NCBI GenBank assembly: GCA_950097015.1
Contig: CATNEN010000001.1
Location: 186,001 to 250,000 of the forward strand
DNA length: 64,000 bases
Direction of reading: 5' to 3'
Source: Macrostomum hystrix
Taxonomy: Eukaryota > Animalia > Platyhelminthes
Position numbers and translations under genes: made by a program. Position 1 is the stretch's first letter, and each line of letters starts with the position of its first letter. This document shows, piece by piece, positions 48,464 through 62,564 of this stretch. The notes under the pieces are model-generated. The model worked only from the letters and a program-made list of their open reading frames with translations, was not told the origin of the DNA and did no database searches.

Positions 48464-48949
48464 TCGGATTATTTAAAAGTGCACAAATTTTCTGCTTGCC
48501 TAAAAATAGCAGAGTAAAACCGAAATACAATTGCTGCTGGAGCCCAAGTTTTTTTTGTAAATTTCTTCTGCCTAATAAAAAATTCCCTATAACAGAATAG
48601 TTGGGGCAGACAAGTGTAGCCTTGAATTGAATTGAATCTGACTGGTTGCTTTAGGAGTTGCTGGGAACAAAATTACAGACGAAAATGGCCCCACTACTGT
48701 TTCTGCAATGGCCTTGAGACAGCCTAACATGTCAATAAGTTTCACTTGTCAATATTCTGTCTCTCCTTTATTTCTGACCTCATTCATCATTCTCAGTAAG
48801 ATGCTGACAGTTGCGATCGACATGCTGATGAAATTGAACCACTTGGCAAAGCTGTACTCAGGTGCAGCGCTGATTAGTGTATCGGGGTTGCAATTGAAAT
48901 AATTATCGCACATGCGATAATTTCGACCTTATGTCAGAACTAGGATCAG

Positions 48950-49452
48950 GATGACGAGGAGGAAGAGGAGGAGGAAGAAGATGAGGAGGAAGAAAAAGAA
49001 GAAGAGGAAGAAGAGGAGGTGGAAGTAGAGGAAGAAAAGGAAGAGGAGGAAGAAGAGGAGGTGGAAGTAGAGGAAGAAAAGCAAGAGGAGGAAGAAGAGG
49101 AGGTGGAAGTAGAGGAAGAAAAGGAAGAGGAGGAAGAAGAGGAGGTGGAAGTAGAGGAAGAAAAGGAAGAAGAGGAAGAAGAGGAGGTGGAAGTAGAGGA
49201 AGAAAAGGAAGAAGAGGAAGAAGAGGAGGTGGAAGAAGATGAGGAGGAAGAAAAAGAAGAAGAGGAAGAAGAGGAGGTGGAAGTAGAGGAAGAAAAGCAA
49301 GAGGAGGAAGAAGAGGAGGTGGAAGTAGAGGAAGAAAAGGAAGAAAAGGAAGAAGAGGAAAAAGAGGAAGAAGAGGAAGACAAAGAAGAAAAGGAAGAAG
49401 AGGAAGAAGAGGAAGAAGAGAAGGTGGAAGTAGAGGAAGACAAAGAAGAAGA
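48950..49452. repeat. 42-bp polypurine minisatellite (copy B)
   Basis: As 35490-36075, two units shorter. Confidence 0.93.
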
Positions 49453-49896
49453 TATGGAGCTTTTAAACCGCCTAGTGCCTGCCATCTGAGACTGAAATTG
49501 CTGGTTTTGCTAATCCATAACGATGCAGGTTATTGATCAGGTCAAACCACTAAAAAGTGCAATCTTCAATCTATTCAATGAAGAGAGCAGGTTTTACTTA
49601 TAAACCTTTCAAATAATTACCACAAGAATACTCCACAAACACTCCTGCTGTTTAGGCATACCTGTTTTACTTTTCTGCAAAAAAGAGAACAATGCAACTT
49701 TCACACACAGAATACTCAAGTTTCGCAAAACACAAAGATATGAACCTAAGACTTGTTAATGAATAACATCTTTGTTCTCAGAAGGACCTTCTTAATTTAT
49801 GAGTGGTTGTTAACACACTGTCTATATATAAGTTCTCGCATGCACTGTGCTATGCATGGACAAATATCTTTGCAAATTGATATTCTAAGCCATCAA

Positions 49897-51406
49897 ATGA
49901 TTCTGCTATTAATCTGCCTGTTCACATCCGCAGCTGCATCTGCAGCGGGTTGTCCGCATGGTCGAGGGTTCACCCTAGACAACACCGCTACGTGGTCGGT
50001 GCCGGAGCATTTTCGATCCGCAATGGGCATCCGGGATCAGCTGCAATGCGCCCTGCGGTGTCGCAGTGTGCCCGAAGCCTGCTTCGGCTTCTACTGGCTG
50101 ACGAGAGCAGCCGAGTGTCGACTGTTCAACGCCACCTCCTGGACTAGAAGATCGCGATGGATTGCTAGCCCCGAGCTAACCGACATTTTCACTGTGGCCA
50201 TGGTTGGTAAGGTGTCCATTGTGCCATCTAGGGGAGAGGGATGAAGTCCCGAGTTCGTATCCGCGTCGAGGCAAACCGCTTGGAGATAAGATTTAGTCAC
50301 GGCATTATATATGCGCCAGAGAGGGATGCGACACGGGAGAGATGAGACACGGGAGAGATGAGACAGGGGAGAGATGAGAGACGGGAGAGATAAGACAGGG
50401 GAGAGATGAGACAGGGGAGAGATGAGACAGGGGAGAGATGAGACAGGGGAGAGATGAGACACGGGAGAGATGAGACAGGGGAGAGATGAGACAGGGGAGA
50501 GATTAGACAGGGGAGAGATGAGACACGGGAGAGATGAGACACGGGAGAGATGAGACAGGGGAGAGATGAGACAGGGGAGAGATGAGACAGGGGAGAGATG
50601 AGACACGGGAGAGATGAGACACGGGAGAGATGAGACAGGGGAGAGACGAGACACGGGAGAGATGAGACACGGGAGAGATGAGACAGGGGAGAGACGAGAC
50701 ACGGGAGAGATGAGACAGGGGAGAGATGAGACACGGGAGAGATGAGACACGGGAGAGATGAGACAGGGGAGAGATGAGACACGGGAGAGATGAGACACGG
50801 GAGAGATGAGACACGGGAGAGATGAGACACGGGAGAGATGAGACACGGGAGAGATGAGACACGGGAGAGATGAGACAGGGGAGAGACGAGAGAATTCTAC
50901 AGACCTAGGCTTCACCCAAATTAAGTTAGAGGGCGAGGAAAATTGGGAGTTTATTAAAAACATCTAAAAGCAGACTCCACCGCAAACTTCCAGAGTCCTC
51001 TCTGCGCATCAGCGGTTGCAGTCAGAGCTCAACACTCAATGTCGCGTACTGCAACTTGGCACTAGATGGCAATACAACTCAGAATTACTTTGCCGGTTCT
51101 TGCACGCACACTGAAGGCACCAGGCCGCACGATTGGTGGCAGGTGCACCTGGCCCAGGTGTCTGTAATCTCATCCGTAACCATCTACAATAGGCGGGACT
51201 GCTGCTCTAATCGACTGAACAATTTCACCGTGCTAGTCGACGGCCTGGAGTGCGCTAGGTACGAGAGCAGTGTGACCTTTTCGATGAAGACTCTCAACTG
51301 CGCAGCCTTTGGCAGTCGGCTGCAGATTGTCAGCGGACTACTGGAAGTGTTTAGCCTGTGCGAAGTGCAGCTAGTTGGTGCTTCGCTGGGTCTGCTGAAT
51401 GTCTAG
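49897..51406 (+). CDS. PAN + F-type lectin, copy B; exons 49897-50206 and 50994-51406
   Basis: Translation identical to copy A; the intron holds the 16-bp array (50330-50890). Confidence 0.85.
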
Positions 51407-51529
51407 CAATAGAATTCGTTGCAAATAATCTGCTTCGAGAGCTGCAGCAAATCTAACAAGAGCATGTCTATAATACTCAACCCAACAGTCCCATCAGTTA
51501 TCTAACTCATCTCTACGCTGTCACATATC

Positions 51530-52133
51530 TTCCCTGTCTCCTCTCTCTTGCCTTATCTCTCCTTTCTCACCTCTCCTGTCTCATCTGACCTGTCTTATCT
51601 CTCTTCTGCCTTATCTCTCTCCTGTCTCACTTTACCTGTATTATCTCTCTCCTGTCTCACCTTTCCTGTCTTATCTCTCTCCTGTCTTATCTCACTCCAG
51701 TCTCACCTCTCCTGTCTTATCTCTCTCCAGTCTTATCTCTCTCCTGTCTTATCTCTCTTCTGTCTCACCTCACCTGTCTTATCTCTCTCCTGTCTTATCT
51801 CTCTCCTGTCTTATCTCTATCCTGTTTTATCTCTCTCCTGTCTCACCTCTCCTGTCTTATCTCTCTCCAGTCTCATCTCTCTCCTGTCTCATCTCACCTG
51901 TCTTATCTCTCTCCTGTCTCACCTTTCCTGTCTTATCTCTCTCCTGTCTCACCTCACCTGTCTTATCTCTCTCCTGTCTTATCTCTCTTCTGTCTTATCT
52001 CACTCCAGTCTCACCTTACCTGTTTTATCTCTCTCCTGTCTTATCTCTCTTCTGTCTTATCTCTCTTCTGTCTTATCTCTCTCCTGTTTTATCTCTCTCC
52101 TGTCTCACCTTTTCTGTCTTATCTCTCCTGTCC
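51530..52133. repeat. Pyrimidine-rich minisatellite (copy B)
   Basis: As 38105-38708. Confidence 0.92.
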
Positions 52134-53079
52134 TCGACACGATCGCAGTCCGATTCCCAGCCCAAGCAATTTGTCTGCTTGAGCAAGACACAGCCAGATT
52201 GAGCAAGGTTAAAACAAAAAAGCAGTTCTTTTGGAAAACAAAATACAAAGAATTTTAACAGAAGTTCGTGAATTATGAAAAAAGCAACAATACTAAATTA
52301 GTGTTGCGCAAGTTTACTATTTTTTATCTCAGTTTTAACAATATGGAATCACCAGTTTATCACTGACAAAACGTATGCACTCGCAGCGCTTACTACAAGC
52401 AAAACAACAAAAAATGTAATCAATTGGAATAGAATTTTATTAGAACTAGAAATTGAATGCACACACTGATAACTCCATTGAAGTTGTGTACACAAAATTA
52501 ATGGTCAGAGAGAAAACTAATGAAAGAATTAATTTTAGGATGCTTAACAAGTAGCCACTTAATGAGTTCATATTTTCGGTTCAGATTCAGATATCAAGCA
52601 ATCAAAAAGTGGTTAAGATTAAAAAAGAAAACATAAAACAATGGTCCACAGGAAAAAAAACTAGGAAATCCACGGCTGAACTGATTGACAATATTTAAAC
52701 TTTTATTCATTGAAAGTCCCGGAGTTATTGCTTGGGGACATGTGAAATTTAGAATGAAGTTGAGATTGTACAACTGCCTGACGATGAGAAAGTCAAGGCA
52801 GGTGTACACACCTGCGTGATTTGTGTGCTCAGGAGTCGACGGAATGAGCAAGCTGCCAGAGAGATGGCTCAAATGTGTGCAACTTGGGGGTGACTATGTT
52901 GACAATTAGCTGTTCTTTGTTTTTTTCTTTGATATTTTTTTTGCAGTTGCCAGCGAATTTTTTACACAACCCTCGAAAGAAAATAAAAATTTTCCGCGTT
53001 TTATGCAGAAAATCCTACCTTGATGATAATTCTACCTAATAGTTTCTAGGAAAGTTAGGTTTGTTTCTAGGAAACGCGT

Positions 53080-54229
53080 TTGCCATGACTCCGGCGCCGC
53101 AGCCGCCGTGGCACTTGTTGGCCTCCCTGTTTTCATCAGCTTCGGCTCATTGAATCCCGGCTGCCCGTTGACGCCGCCGAATCCGTTGATTAAATAGCCG
53201 TACGATACCGGCGTGACACACTGTCACCGCCGCGTGTTGAAGTCGAGGCCCAGCCTCCTACGACCAGCCGTCAGGTTGAACAAACCGGAAATTACGGCGC
53301 CCAAACCGCCAGAGTTTACGGTCCAAGAGCCACCGCAAGCTCCGGAGACCTCAATCTGCTAGCAGCTGGTGGCATTGATCCTAGCAAACTGAATTGATCC
53401 GTTGCAGTTTCCACTTCGGGCTGATTGGGAGGATATAGAACCAACACTATTTGAAAAGCCGATAAATTTTGACCAATGCGGTGATCGACAAGGCAAATGT
53501 GTTCAATATTTCAACAGGGGTGAGTGGCAGATCGGTCCAATCGCGTGCTCGATTCCGTGGCGAGGCCACATTCATTTGGGGCTTCAGGGCCAATACTGAA
53601 GGCATACACTTACAGTGACAGTGTACACTGCCTGACGATGAGAAAGTCAGGGCAGATGAGAATTGCCTCCTCGCTGGTTGCGGGTCGACTGTCAAGAAAT
53701 GATCTTGTAATCTAGTGTCCTTTAATTCTCGTTTACAAGTGCAGTCTACAGTTTTACCCACATAAAACTAATTGCTGTGGTCTGGAACGGGGCTGTATTG
53801 AAATTGCAGAGTATATTTATAATGCCAGATTTAAAGGCCATTTTTCAAAAAGCTTTGTTTGGTTGCCTAGAAGACAAGTGAAATTGAATGCTTTTCTAAC
53901 TCACAACTGAACTTGGTAGAACCGGACAGGGCTGTATAGTTGACGGTAATGTATCGACCTCGATTAATTATATTATCGAAGTCGTTTATCTTCCACGTCT
54001 TCGCTCCGACCTTCGTCCGCATCACCGTGGCTAGGCCCGTCAAGGGAGTCAACGGTGCAGTCTTGATGTCGTCTCGAGGCATGAGCAGTTGGCACACTCT
54101 GCTGACGTAGCCGAATGTGGCGGCAGCGCAGGCGCGTTGGATGCACCGGAACACGCACTCGGTCTCAGATCGAGTATTTGGCTCGTCGACCATGTCAGCA
54201 AGGATTCCGGGGTCAAGGATGGTAGATGG
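53080..54229 (-). pseudogene. PAN paralog 1 / glycine-rich gene, copy C
   Basis: Same 5' deletion and SINE insertion (53544-53687) as copy B, but retains 53395-53515, which is lost in B. Confidence 0.8.
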
Positions 54230-54282
54230 AAGTATCGAACAGAGCGTTGTTTTCAATTTCTTTTCAATTTGGGCGAGCGCAA

Positions 54283-57200
54283 GGGGGTGAGTGGGTCAGC
54301 GGCTAATGTCGCTGCCTCACTTTCCAAGATCTGCGAAGTAGTGACTTGCGGTTGCGGAGATGCACCTTGGCTCGTCAAACCAAATGTGCAACCGAAGCTA
54401 ATTTAAAATAGCTTAACCTCTGCCTTCTGCATGCCCATGCTTGTTTGTGTTTGTGTTTGTGCGTTGGGCCGGCTGTGAGGCGTTGTATGGGGGTGGGGCG
54501 GGTGTGCACCAGCCGTCTGCGCGCGTGGCTTGGTCTTCTCGTCCGCGGACCCCGGGATTATAAGCAACTGGACTGGAAGGAGAGATAATTTTATTTTCCA
54601 CCCTATACCACAAGGGGGAAATGCTTCTCCTTTCTGTCCCCCAGTTGGGGCTTGGGGTCTTTGTTCCACGAGGGAAAGAAAGCTTTCGTTGTACACTAAA
54701 AAGCTCTCTCTACAATGTACATTCCAATTCGTCCCTGTTCGTATTTCGGCCGGGGTTGTGGCCTGTAGTGGACTACAATAATTGCTGCACTGTACAGCAT
54801 GTCCTAAAAACGATCTCTCCTTGTTTTTGCTAACTAGCACTCATAATTGTCTGAGACTCTGAGAGTGAAGACCACTAATGGTGAAGGCTTGCTCAGCGTA
54901 CGGATGCTCAAATCGAGCAAATGGAACTGTCGCAGGAGTCAGCTTCCATAGTTTTCCATGGAAGGACCCCGCCCTTCTGGAAAAGTGGAAGCGAGCCAAC
55001 CCAAGGCAGGAGTCTGAGCCAACAAAAAACTCAAGGAATTGCTCTAGACATTTTCATCCGGAAGACTTCGTTGAAAGTTCCATCGATACAAACGTCGCAC
55101 GTAAGAAGAGCAAGGAGCAACTACTAAGACGCCTTTTGAAACAAGAGGCTGTGCCGTCCATCTTTCCCAACGCTCCATCCTACCTGTCCTCTGAAAAAAA
55201 GCCGCAGAGATCAACAGCGGCGACTTCTTCTGAACGTCTGGAGCGGGAACTCAGTGCCCTGCAAAGCAGCATCGACACCTTTCAGGAAGCCGACTCAATT
55301 GCTGATTGCAGCCTACACGACGTGCGCTCCAGACTTGATCAGGAGGAGGAGTAAGCCAGCAGGTATTCAAATCTCTCTGTGTGACGGCAAGCTGTGCATT
55401 TACATGCTTGAGATGGAGCCCCATTTTCATGTTGCGTGCTATATTTGCTTGGCTGAAGACCTCACCGTCACATGTGGATTCCGTGGATTGCCTCTGAAGA
55501 TGAATAGGTTTGTCGATCTGTTGACTAATGGCAAGGTCTCGACCCTTAGCCAGCTTGTTAACATCATGTCAAGAATCAAGATTTTGAAGGAGGATACGGC
55601 CGAGTCTGACGATAAAGTTTCGCATCTGCTGGATATGGCTGAAGACCTGTTAGAAGAGGTGGAAGAGCTGGCAGATAACTGAACGGTGAGCTTTGCTTTG
55701 GAGCAATTGAAGCTGAGTAGAAAGCCAGCATCTGCTCGCAGGTACTCGCAGGAGCTTCTCGTTTTTGCGTATTTAATTTACTCAATCAGTGCCGCTGCAT
55801 ACAAGACCATGCTGGAGCAGGAAGCACTTTGTCTGCCATCTGATCGCACTTTGAGGTCCATCACAGCTAGAGTTGGTTCTAAGGTAGGTCTGGATAACGA
55901 AGGCTATCTTAAACTTCGTGCATCTAAGCTTGAACAAGTTGAGAAAGTTGTCGTCCTTGCGATTGATGAGATCTACATTGCCAATCGGGTTGAGTACAAC
56001 AATGGTCAGTTGAATGGACTGGATGCAGATGGAGCTACAGCAAAGACACTCTGCTCTGCTGCTTCATGATCCGCTCTGTAGCGAGTCAATACAAGGACAT
56101 GATTGCGATGCATGCCGTTGCAACATTGACTGCGAAGAAACTTACAGAATGGTTTCACCAGGCGATGAGTGTCTTAAGAAAGTTTAATTTCACTGTTTGT
56201 GCAGTGTGCGTTGATAATGCCGCAGTGAACCGCAAGTTTGTCAGAGGCCTGTGCGGCAACAACTTCAACCTTTGCTTCATGGATGAATTAACTGGACAGC
56301 CTGTTTTTGTGCTGTTCGATCCAGTGCACAATTTGAAGAACATCTAAAATAAGTTTCAAATCCGAGGAGAATTTCGGTTTCCTGCCTTTCCAATTCGGCC
56401 ACAAGTGTCTGAGGCTCACTTTGGACACATTGTTCGGCTCTACGAGCTGGAAGCAACCAAGCCATTGAAGCTAGCGCACAAGCTCAGCCCTGCCGTGCTT
56501 AATCCAAAGAGCATTGAGAAAACTTCGGTGAAGCTGGCAGCGGAGCAGGCCACTGCAGATTTCACCAGCCTTGGCATATCAGCCTTGGCATATCAGTTGG
56601 CAGCCTTTAGCCTTGGTGCTGAAGCTCTGGCATATTTTGAACGTCAGGACTCCATTCAAAGGGAAAGCGAAACGCGACATCAGCCAGGATCCTGTGCGCT
56701 CTTCGCTTGACTGGAAGCTGCAATTTCTTCTGGAGTTTGCCGAATTTCTAGAGGTAAGGCTTTTCATTGCATTTTTTATGTTGACTCAAAGGCCGCAGTA
56801 CTCAATAATATTTATAAGTCTATGTTACATATTGCAGAGCTGGGAGAAGTCTGGGTATCCTGGCTTGTCTAAAGAAACGTTCCTTGCTTGTCGAGTGACT
56901 TGTCGTGCTCTGGCCGCCTGCGCAGCTCATCTTCTGGATCATGAAGGATTTTCATTTGTTCTCCTTGGAGCACTGCAGTCTGACTGCATCGAAAGTCGAT
57001 TTGGATGGCTGCGTCAGATGTCAGGAACCAATTTTTACATTTCTGCTCGTCAGGTCAAGGAGAACAGCAGGAAGATCGCCGCTGTAAATCTGCTGAAATA
57101 TTCTAAATTCTCACTTAAGGAGATTGACGCTGCAATCGATAAGCCTGACGACAGCAGCAGCTCTGTTCAGGAGTGTGTCAACAACTTGGCCGTAAAGCTA

Positions 57201-58239
57201 GACATGGATTGCGAGCCAGCTCCTGCTGATCAGACGGTAATTTATTGCGTCATTGCCGCTGTTGCCCGAACTCTGGTGAAAAACCGAAGGTGTGATTCGT
57301 GCAGAGAACTGCTGTTGGAGGAAGATGCTGCCGCGCAGTTAGATGTTGACTGGGTTCCAGCACAGGCCTCCTCCTTCATTGACCAGATCAACCGAGGTGG
57401 TCTTTGCCAGCCAACTGAGTTTGCTTTTGCTTTGGGCACTCATTGCTGGAAAATTTTCGAAGAGATTCGGCGAAAGGAGACATTGAAGAAGGAGTTCATG
57501 TGGCGCTCAGCAGCAGCAGCTGGTATTTTGTGGACTCGTGGACGAAATGACCGACGACGCACTTTTTCTAGAATCATTCACCCACCTCACAACATGCACC
57601 CAAGGACATGATGTGAAGACAGAATTGTCTAAAGCGTTCTTCAACTGCATGATGAAGAACCTGGCTAAGGAAGTTTCTGGCGATTCGGAGCGCGGAAGGA
57701 AGCGGAAGATTGCGAAGCTCTCCAGTCAGTCAGCCGATTCCTACTAATAATTAACTGCGGATTCGCCTCGGTTTCAGATTAAGTGGCTTGTCAGAAATGT
57801 TTTGTTTTTTTCACTGTTGCAAAGTGTTTTTTGCAGTTGTGCACGTGTCTATTTATCTATTTATGTGATTTGTGTTCATGTGTTTGTGAGCAATTCATGC
57901 CCCTCTGCAGAAAAGCTGTGTAGGAAACTAATGCCCCCTTGTGGTATAGGTTATTTTTAGCCTTCCAGTCCAGTTGCTTATAATCCCGGGGTCCGCGTCT
58001 CGTCCCTACCCTTCAAACCTCCCCTGATTTGGTCTGCTCTGTGCGTGTGCGGGTCTGGGGTGAGAGGTACTCCGGCTGCCGCCCCTTTTCCCGCTTGGCT
58101 TGCTGCTGTGTGTGAGGTGCCTGTGTCCAGGGGTCCAGATGGCGCGATGGGCGACTCCCGCCTATAGTTCGCCGGCCTGGGGGCATGCCGTTCCTGCGCT
58201 TGGGCGTCAAGTGCCCCAGGCCCCCCTGCAATTAAGAAA
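54283..58239 (+). mobile_element. SINE-like host element, copy C
   Basis: Same GGGCGAGCGCAA direct repeats (54271-54282, 58240-58251). Confidence 0.65.
54544..57997 (+). mobile_element. P-superfamily THAP transposon, copy C
   Basis: Same TIRs, TSD and lesions as 41005-44458 (offset 13539). Confidence 0.93.
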
Positions 58240-58464
58240 GGGCGAGCGCAAAAGCTGGGGCTGAGGTCCTATCTGTGCCGGATGTACCATAAACTATGGG
58301 GGCAGCAGCATTGAGTGCATTGAGTTTGCTGAACTGAAATGTCTGTGGCAGTTTTACCTATACCAAGTTTATTAGATCTAGCTGCTATTTCGTTTTTCTA
58401 AGCCTTGTTGGCCAAACTTTTACCATCCTCAGTCAATCTTTGCGAAATTTAATCTCTAACAAAA

Positions 58465-60142
58465 ATGGATAACTTCTACACCTCTTCAAAAGCAGCTTTG
58501 TTAATTAAACTGCTTATTCTAGTCGCTAGTAGCCAAATATTGGATGCTGCCGACTTCACCCAAGCCGAAAAAGATGAATTCGTCAAAGTTCACAACGACT
58601 ACAGAATATCGGCTGAGCCCAAACCGTTCGTACCTTTGAAAACTGTGGTAAGCTCAATTTTAAATGTGTGACTCGTGACAGAAAAATAGCGATTGTTACT
58701 GTTACTGTATATTTCGGGGACCGTTGCTCAAGCCCAAAATCCAAGGTGGCGCTCCCAAATCGAAGGTCGTTCCGCCCCTCAAATACCAGGTGGCGCCGCC
58801 CGCACATCCAAGGTGGTTCCGCCCCTCAAATACCAGGTGGCGCTCCCAAATCCAAGGTGGTTCCGCCCCTCAAATACCAGGTGGCGCCCCCCCGCACATC
58901 CAAGGTGGTTCCGCCCCTCAAATACCAGGTGACGCCCCCCGCAAATCCAAGGTGGTTCCGCCCCTCAAATACAAGGTGACGCCCCCAAATCCAAGGTGGT
59001 TCCGCCATTTAAATTCAAGGTGGCGACGCCCCCAATCCAAGGTGGTATCACCTCCCCAACTCTACGCTATATAATTACCTTCCCACCTCCACCGCTCCGC
59101 CCCGTAAAGCAGGTATAGATAAAAGTAACAATAATTGCCATAACGTTCCTTTCAGACATGGAGTGCAGCAATGGAGGAAGCCGCAAAAAAATCTTCAAGG
59201 AATCATGGCGGCTGTAAGTATGAGCATAGTAAGTTCAGTCCAGGCGAAAATCTCTTCTATACAACGTATAGCACATTTACTCCAACTGAGATTGTGAAAG
59301 ATTGGCACGACGAGAAATATGATTACGATCACAAGGAGAAAAAGTGTCTGGGCGTGTGCAACCATTATCTTTTGTTGATGCAACGCGGTTTGACTGAAAT
59401 CGGCTGCACGCATTGCGTTGATCGAACGTATCGTAATACATTTGGCCAAACTCAACGTACTATCGTCTATTGCGCCTACAATACGAGAAACACGAACGAG
59501 TGCGTTACTCAATACTTATTTTTACATTTGCACTAATTTCAGTAAGGAAGGAAGGAAGGAAGGAAGGAAGGAAGGAAGGAAGGAAGGAAGGAAGGAAGGA
59601 AGGAAGGAAGGAAGGAAGGAAGGAAGGAAGGAAGGTAGGAAGGAAGGAAGGAAGGAAGGAAGGAAGGAAGGAAGGAAGGAAGGAAGGAAGGAAGGAAGGA
59701 AGGAAGGAAGGAAGGAAGGAAGGAAGGAAGGAAGGAAGGTAGGAAGGAAGGAAGGAAGGAAGGAAGGAAGGAAGGAAGGGAGGAAGGAAGGAAGGAAGGA
59801 AGGAAGGAAGGAAGGAAGGAAGGAAGGGAGGAAGGAAGGAAGGAAGGAAGGAAGGAAGGAAGGAAGGAAGGAAAAAGGAAGGAAGGAAGGAAGTAAGGAA
59901 GGAAGGAAGGAAGGTAGGAAAGGATAATTTGATTTCTATTAATTTGTTTTAGACCATATGACTACGATCCAGATGCCCCATGTCCATCGTGCAAAGCCGG
60001 GAGTGGTACGAGGAAGGAATGGAAGTGGTACATCTTACTTTTTATCGTGTCAATTATTTTAGTAGTTCTTGCTATTTTAGCGTTTTTATTTTATCGAAAT
60101 GAGATAACAAATATGCTCAAACGAACCTTTCCTTCAAAATGA
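58465..60142 (+). CDS. CAP/SCP membrane protein, copy C; exons 58465-58647, 59156-59499, 59953-60142
   Basis: Translation matches copy B. Confidence 0.88.
59543..59923. repeat. (GGAA)n microsatellite in CAP intron 2, copy C
   Basis: Seen directly. Confidence 0.97.
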
Positions 60143-60657
60143 GACGTGACAAAGCAAGCTGTGAGCCGCAGCACACGAACTTTTAACAGTCAAATTGTAT
60201 ATTTTTTCTGCGAAAATATTTCCCACTTTCTCACTTTCTAAGAAATCGATATTCACTACTTCTTCTACAAGTATACTACTTATACCTATATGGCTACAAT
60301 ATTTTTAGTTATACGCTGGTAGCAAACAACAATCAATTTTTTTAAATTAGTAACACATTTATGAATGAAATTTTTTTCTAATAATTTTCTCCGCTGTCAT
60401 AAGATAATTGCTTAGTTTTTAATTTCAACACTTTAATTTGAAACCATTTTTAACGCTGCATTAATTCCTACTAATTCCTTAAATAGCAACTCACAATTCA
60501 CAACAGAGTGAAAACCACACTTACAATTCGCGCTTAAGGCTTTCTACGAAAGTGTTTCAATGCTGCTTTTTATTTAACAGTTTATTTAACAGTCTTTTGT
60601 TTTATTTAAGATCGAGTTATTCTCAACAATTGCTTTAAAAAAGTTCGTTGTGATGTG

Positions 60658-62076
60658 AAAGTAGAGGAAGAAAAGGAAGAGGAAAAAGAGGAAGAAAAGA
60701 AAGAGGAGGAAGAAGAGGAGGTGGAAGTAGAGGAAGACAAAGGAAGAAGAGGAAGAAGAGGAGGTGGAAGTAGAGGAAGAAAAGGAAGAAGAGGAAGAAG
60801 TGGAGGTGGAAGTAGAGGAAGACAAAGAAGAAGAGGAAGAAGAGGAGGTGGAAGTAGAGGAAGAAAAGGAAGAAGAGGAAGAAGAGGAGGTGGAAGTAGA
60901 GGAAGACAAAGAAGAAAAGGAAGAAGAGGAAGAAGAGGAGGTGGAAGTAGAGGAAGACAAAGAAGAAAAGGAAGAAGAGGAAGAAGAGGAGGTGGAAGTA
61001 GAGGAAGACAAAGAAGAAGAGGAAGAAGAGGAAGAAGAGGAGGTGGAAGTAGAGGAAGACAAAGAAGAAGAGGAAGAAAAGGAAGAAGAGGAGGTGGAAG
61101 TAGAGGAAGACAAAGAAGAAAAGGAAGAAGAGGAAGAAGAGGAAGAAGAGGAGGTGGAAGTAGAGGAAGAAAAGGAAGAAGAGGAAGAAGAGGAGGTGGA
61201 AGTAGAGGAAGAAAAGGAAGAAGAGGAAGAAGAGGAGGTGGAAGTAGAGGAAGACAAAGAAGAAAAGGAAGAAGAGGAAGAAGAGGAGGTGGAAGTAGAG
61301 GAAGACAAAGAAGAAAAGGAAGAAGAGGAAGAAGAGGAGGTGGAAGTAGAGGAAGACAAAGAAGAAAAGGAAGAAGAGGAAGAAGAGGAGGTGGAAGTAG
61401 AGGAAGAAAAGGAAGAAGAGGAAGAAGAGGAGGTGGAAGTAGAGGAAGACAAAGAAGAAAAGGAAGAAGAGGAAGAAGAGGAGGTGGAAGTAGAGGAAGA
61501 CAAAGAAGAAAAGGAAGAAGAGGAAGAAGAGGAGGTGGAAGTAGAGGAAGACAAAGAAGAAAAGGAAGAAGAGGAAGAAGAGGAGGTGGAAGTAGAGGAA
61601 GAAAAGGAAGAGGAGGAAGAAGTGGAGGTGGAAGTAGAGGAAGACAAAGAAGAAAAGGAAGAAGAGGAAGAAGAGGAAGAAGTGGAGGTGGAAGTAGAGG
61701 AAGACAAAGAAGAAAAGGAAGAAGAGGAAGAAGAGGAAGAAGTGGAGGTGGAAGTAGAGGAAGACAAAGAAGAAAAGGAAGAAGAGGAAGAAGAGGAAGA
61801 AGAGGAGGTGGAAGTAGAGGAAGACAAAGAAGAAAAGGAAGAAGAGGAAGAAGAGGAAGAAGTGGAGGTGGAAGTAGAGGAAGACAAAGAAGAAAAGGAA
61901 GAAGAGGAAGAAGAGGAAGAAGTGGAGGTGGAAGTAGAGGAAGACAAAGAAGAAAAGGAAGAAGAGGAAGAAGAGGAAGAAGAGGAGGTGGAAGTAGAGG
62001 AAGACAAAGAAGAAAAGGAAGAAGAGGAAGAAGAGGAAGAAGAGAAGGTGGAAGTAGAGGAAGACAAAGAAGAAGA
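60658..62076. repeat. Expanded GAA/GAG polypurine minisatellite (copy C)
   Basis: Units of 42-60 bp; 1.4 kb versus 0.5-0.6 kb in copies A and B. Confidence 0.93.
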
Positions 62077-62276
62077 TATGGAGCTTTTAAACTGCCTAGT
62101 GCCTGCCATCTGAGACTGAAATTGCTGGTTTTGCTAATCCATAACGATGCAGGTAATTGATCAGGTCAAACCACAAAGAAGTGCAATCTTCAATCTATTC
62201 AATGAAGAGAGCAGGTTTTACTTATAAACCTTTCAAATAATTACCACAAGAATATTCCACAATGAAGTATTGAAGG

Positions 62277-62402
62277 CCTTTTCGATGAAGACTCTCAACT
62301 GCTTTTGGCAGTCGGCTGCAGATTGTCAGCGGACTACTGGAAGTGTTTAGCCTGTGCGAAGTGCAGCTAGTTGGTGCTTCGCTGGGTCTGCTGAATGTCT
62401 AG
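62277..62402 (+). pseudogene. 3' remnant of the F-type lectin exon, copy C
   Basis: Matches 37851-37981; the upstream ~1.6 kb of the gene is deleted. Confidence 0.8.
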
Positions 62403-62564
62403 CAATAGATAAGAGCCATTGCAAATAATCGTTGCAAATTGCTTGCTTATTCGTTGCAAATAATCTGCTTCGAGAGCTGCAGCAAATCTAACAAGAGCAT
62501 GTCTATAATACTCAACCCAACAGTCTCATCAGTTATCTAACTCATCTCTACGCTGTCACACATC

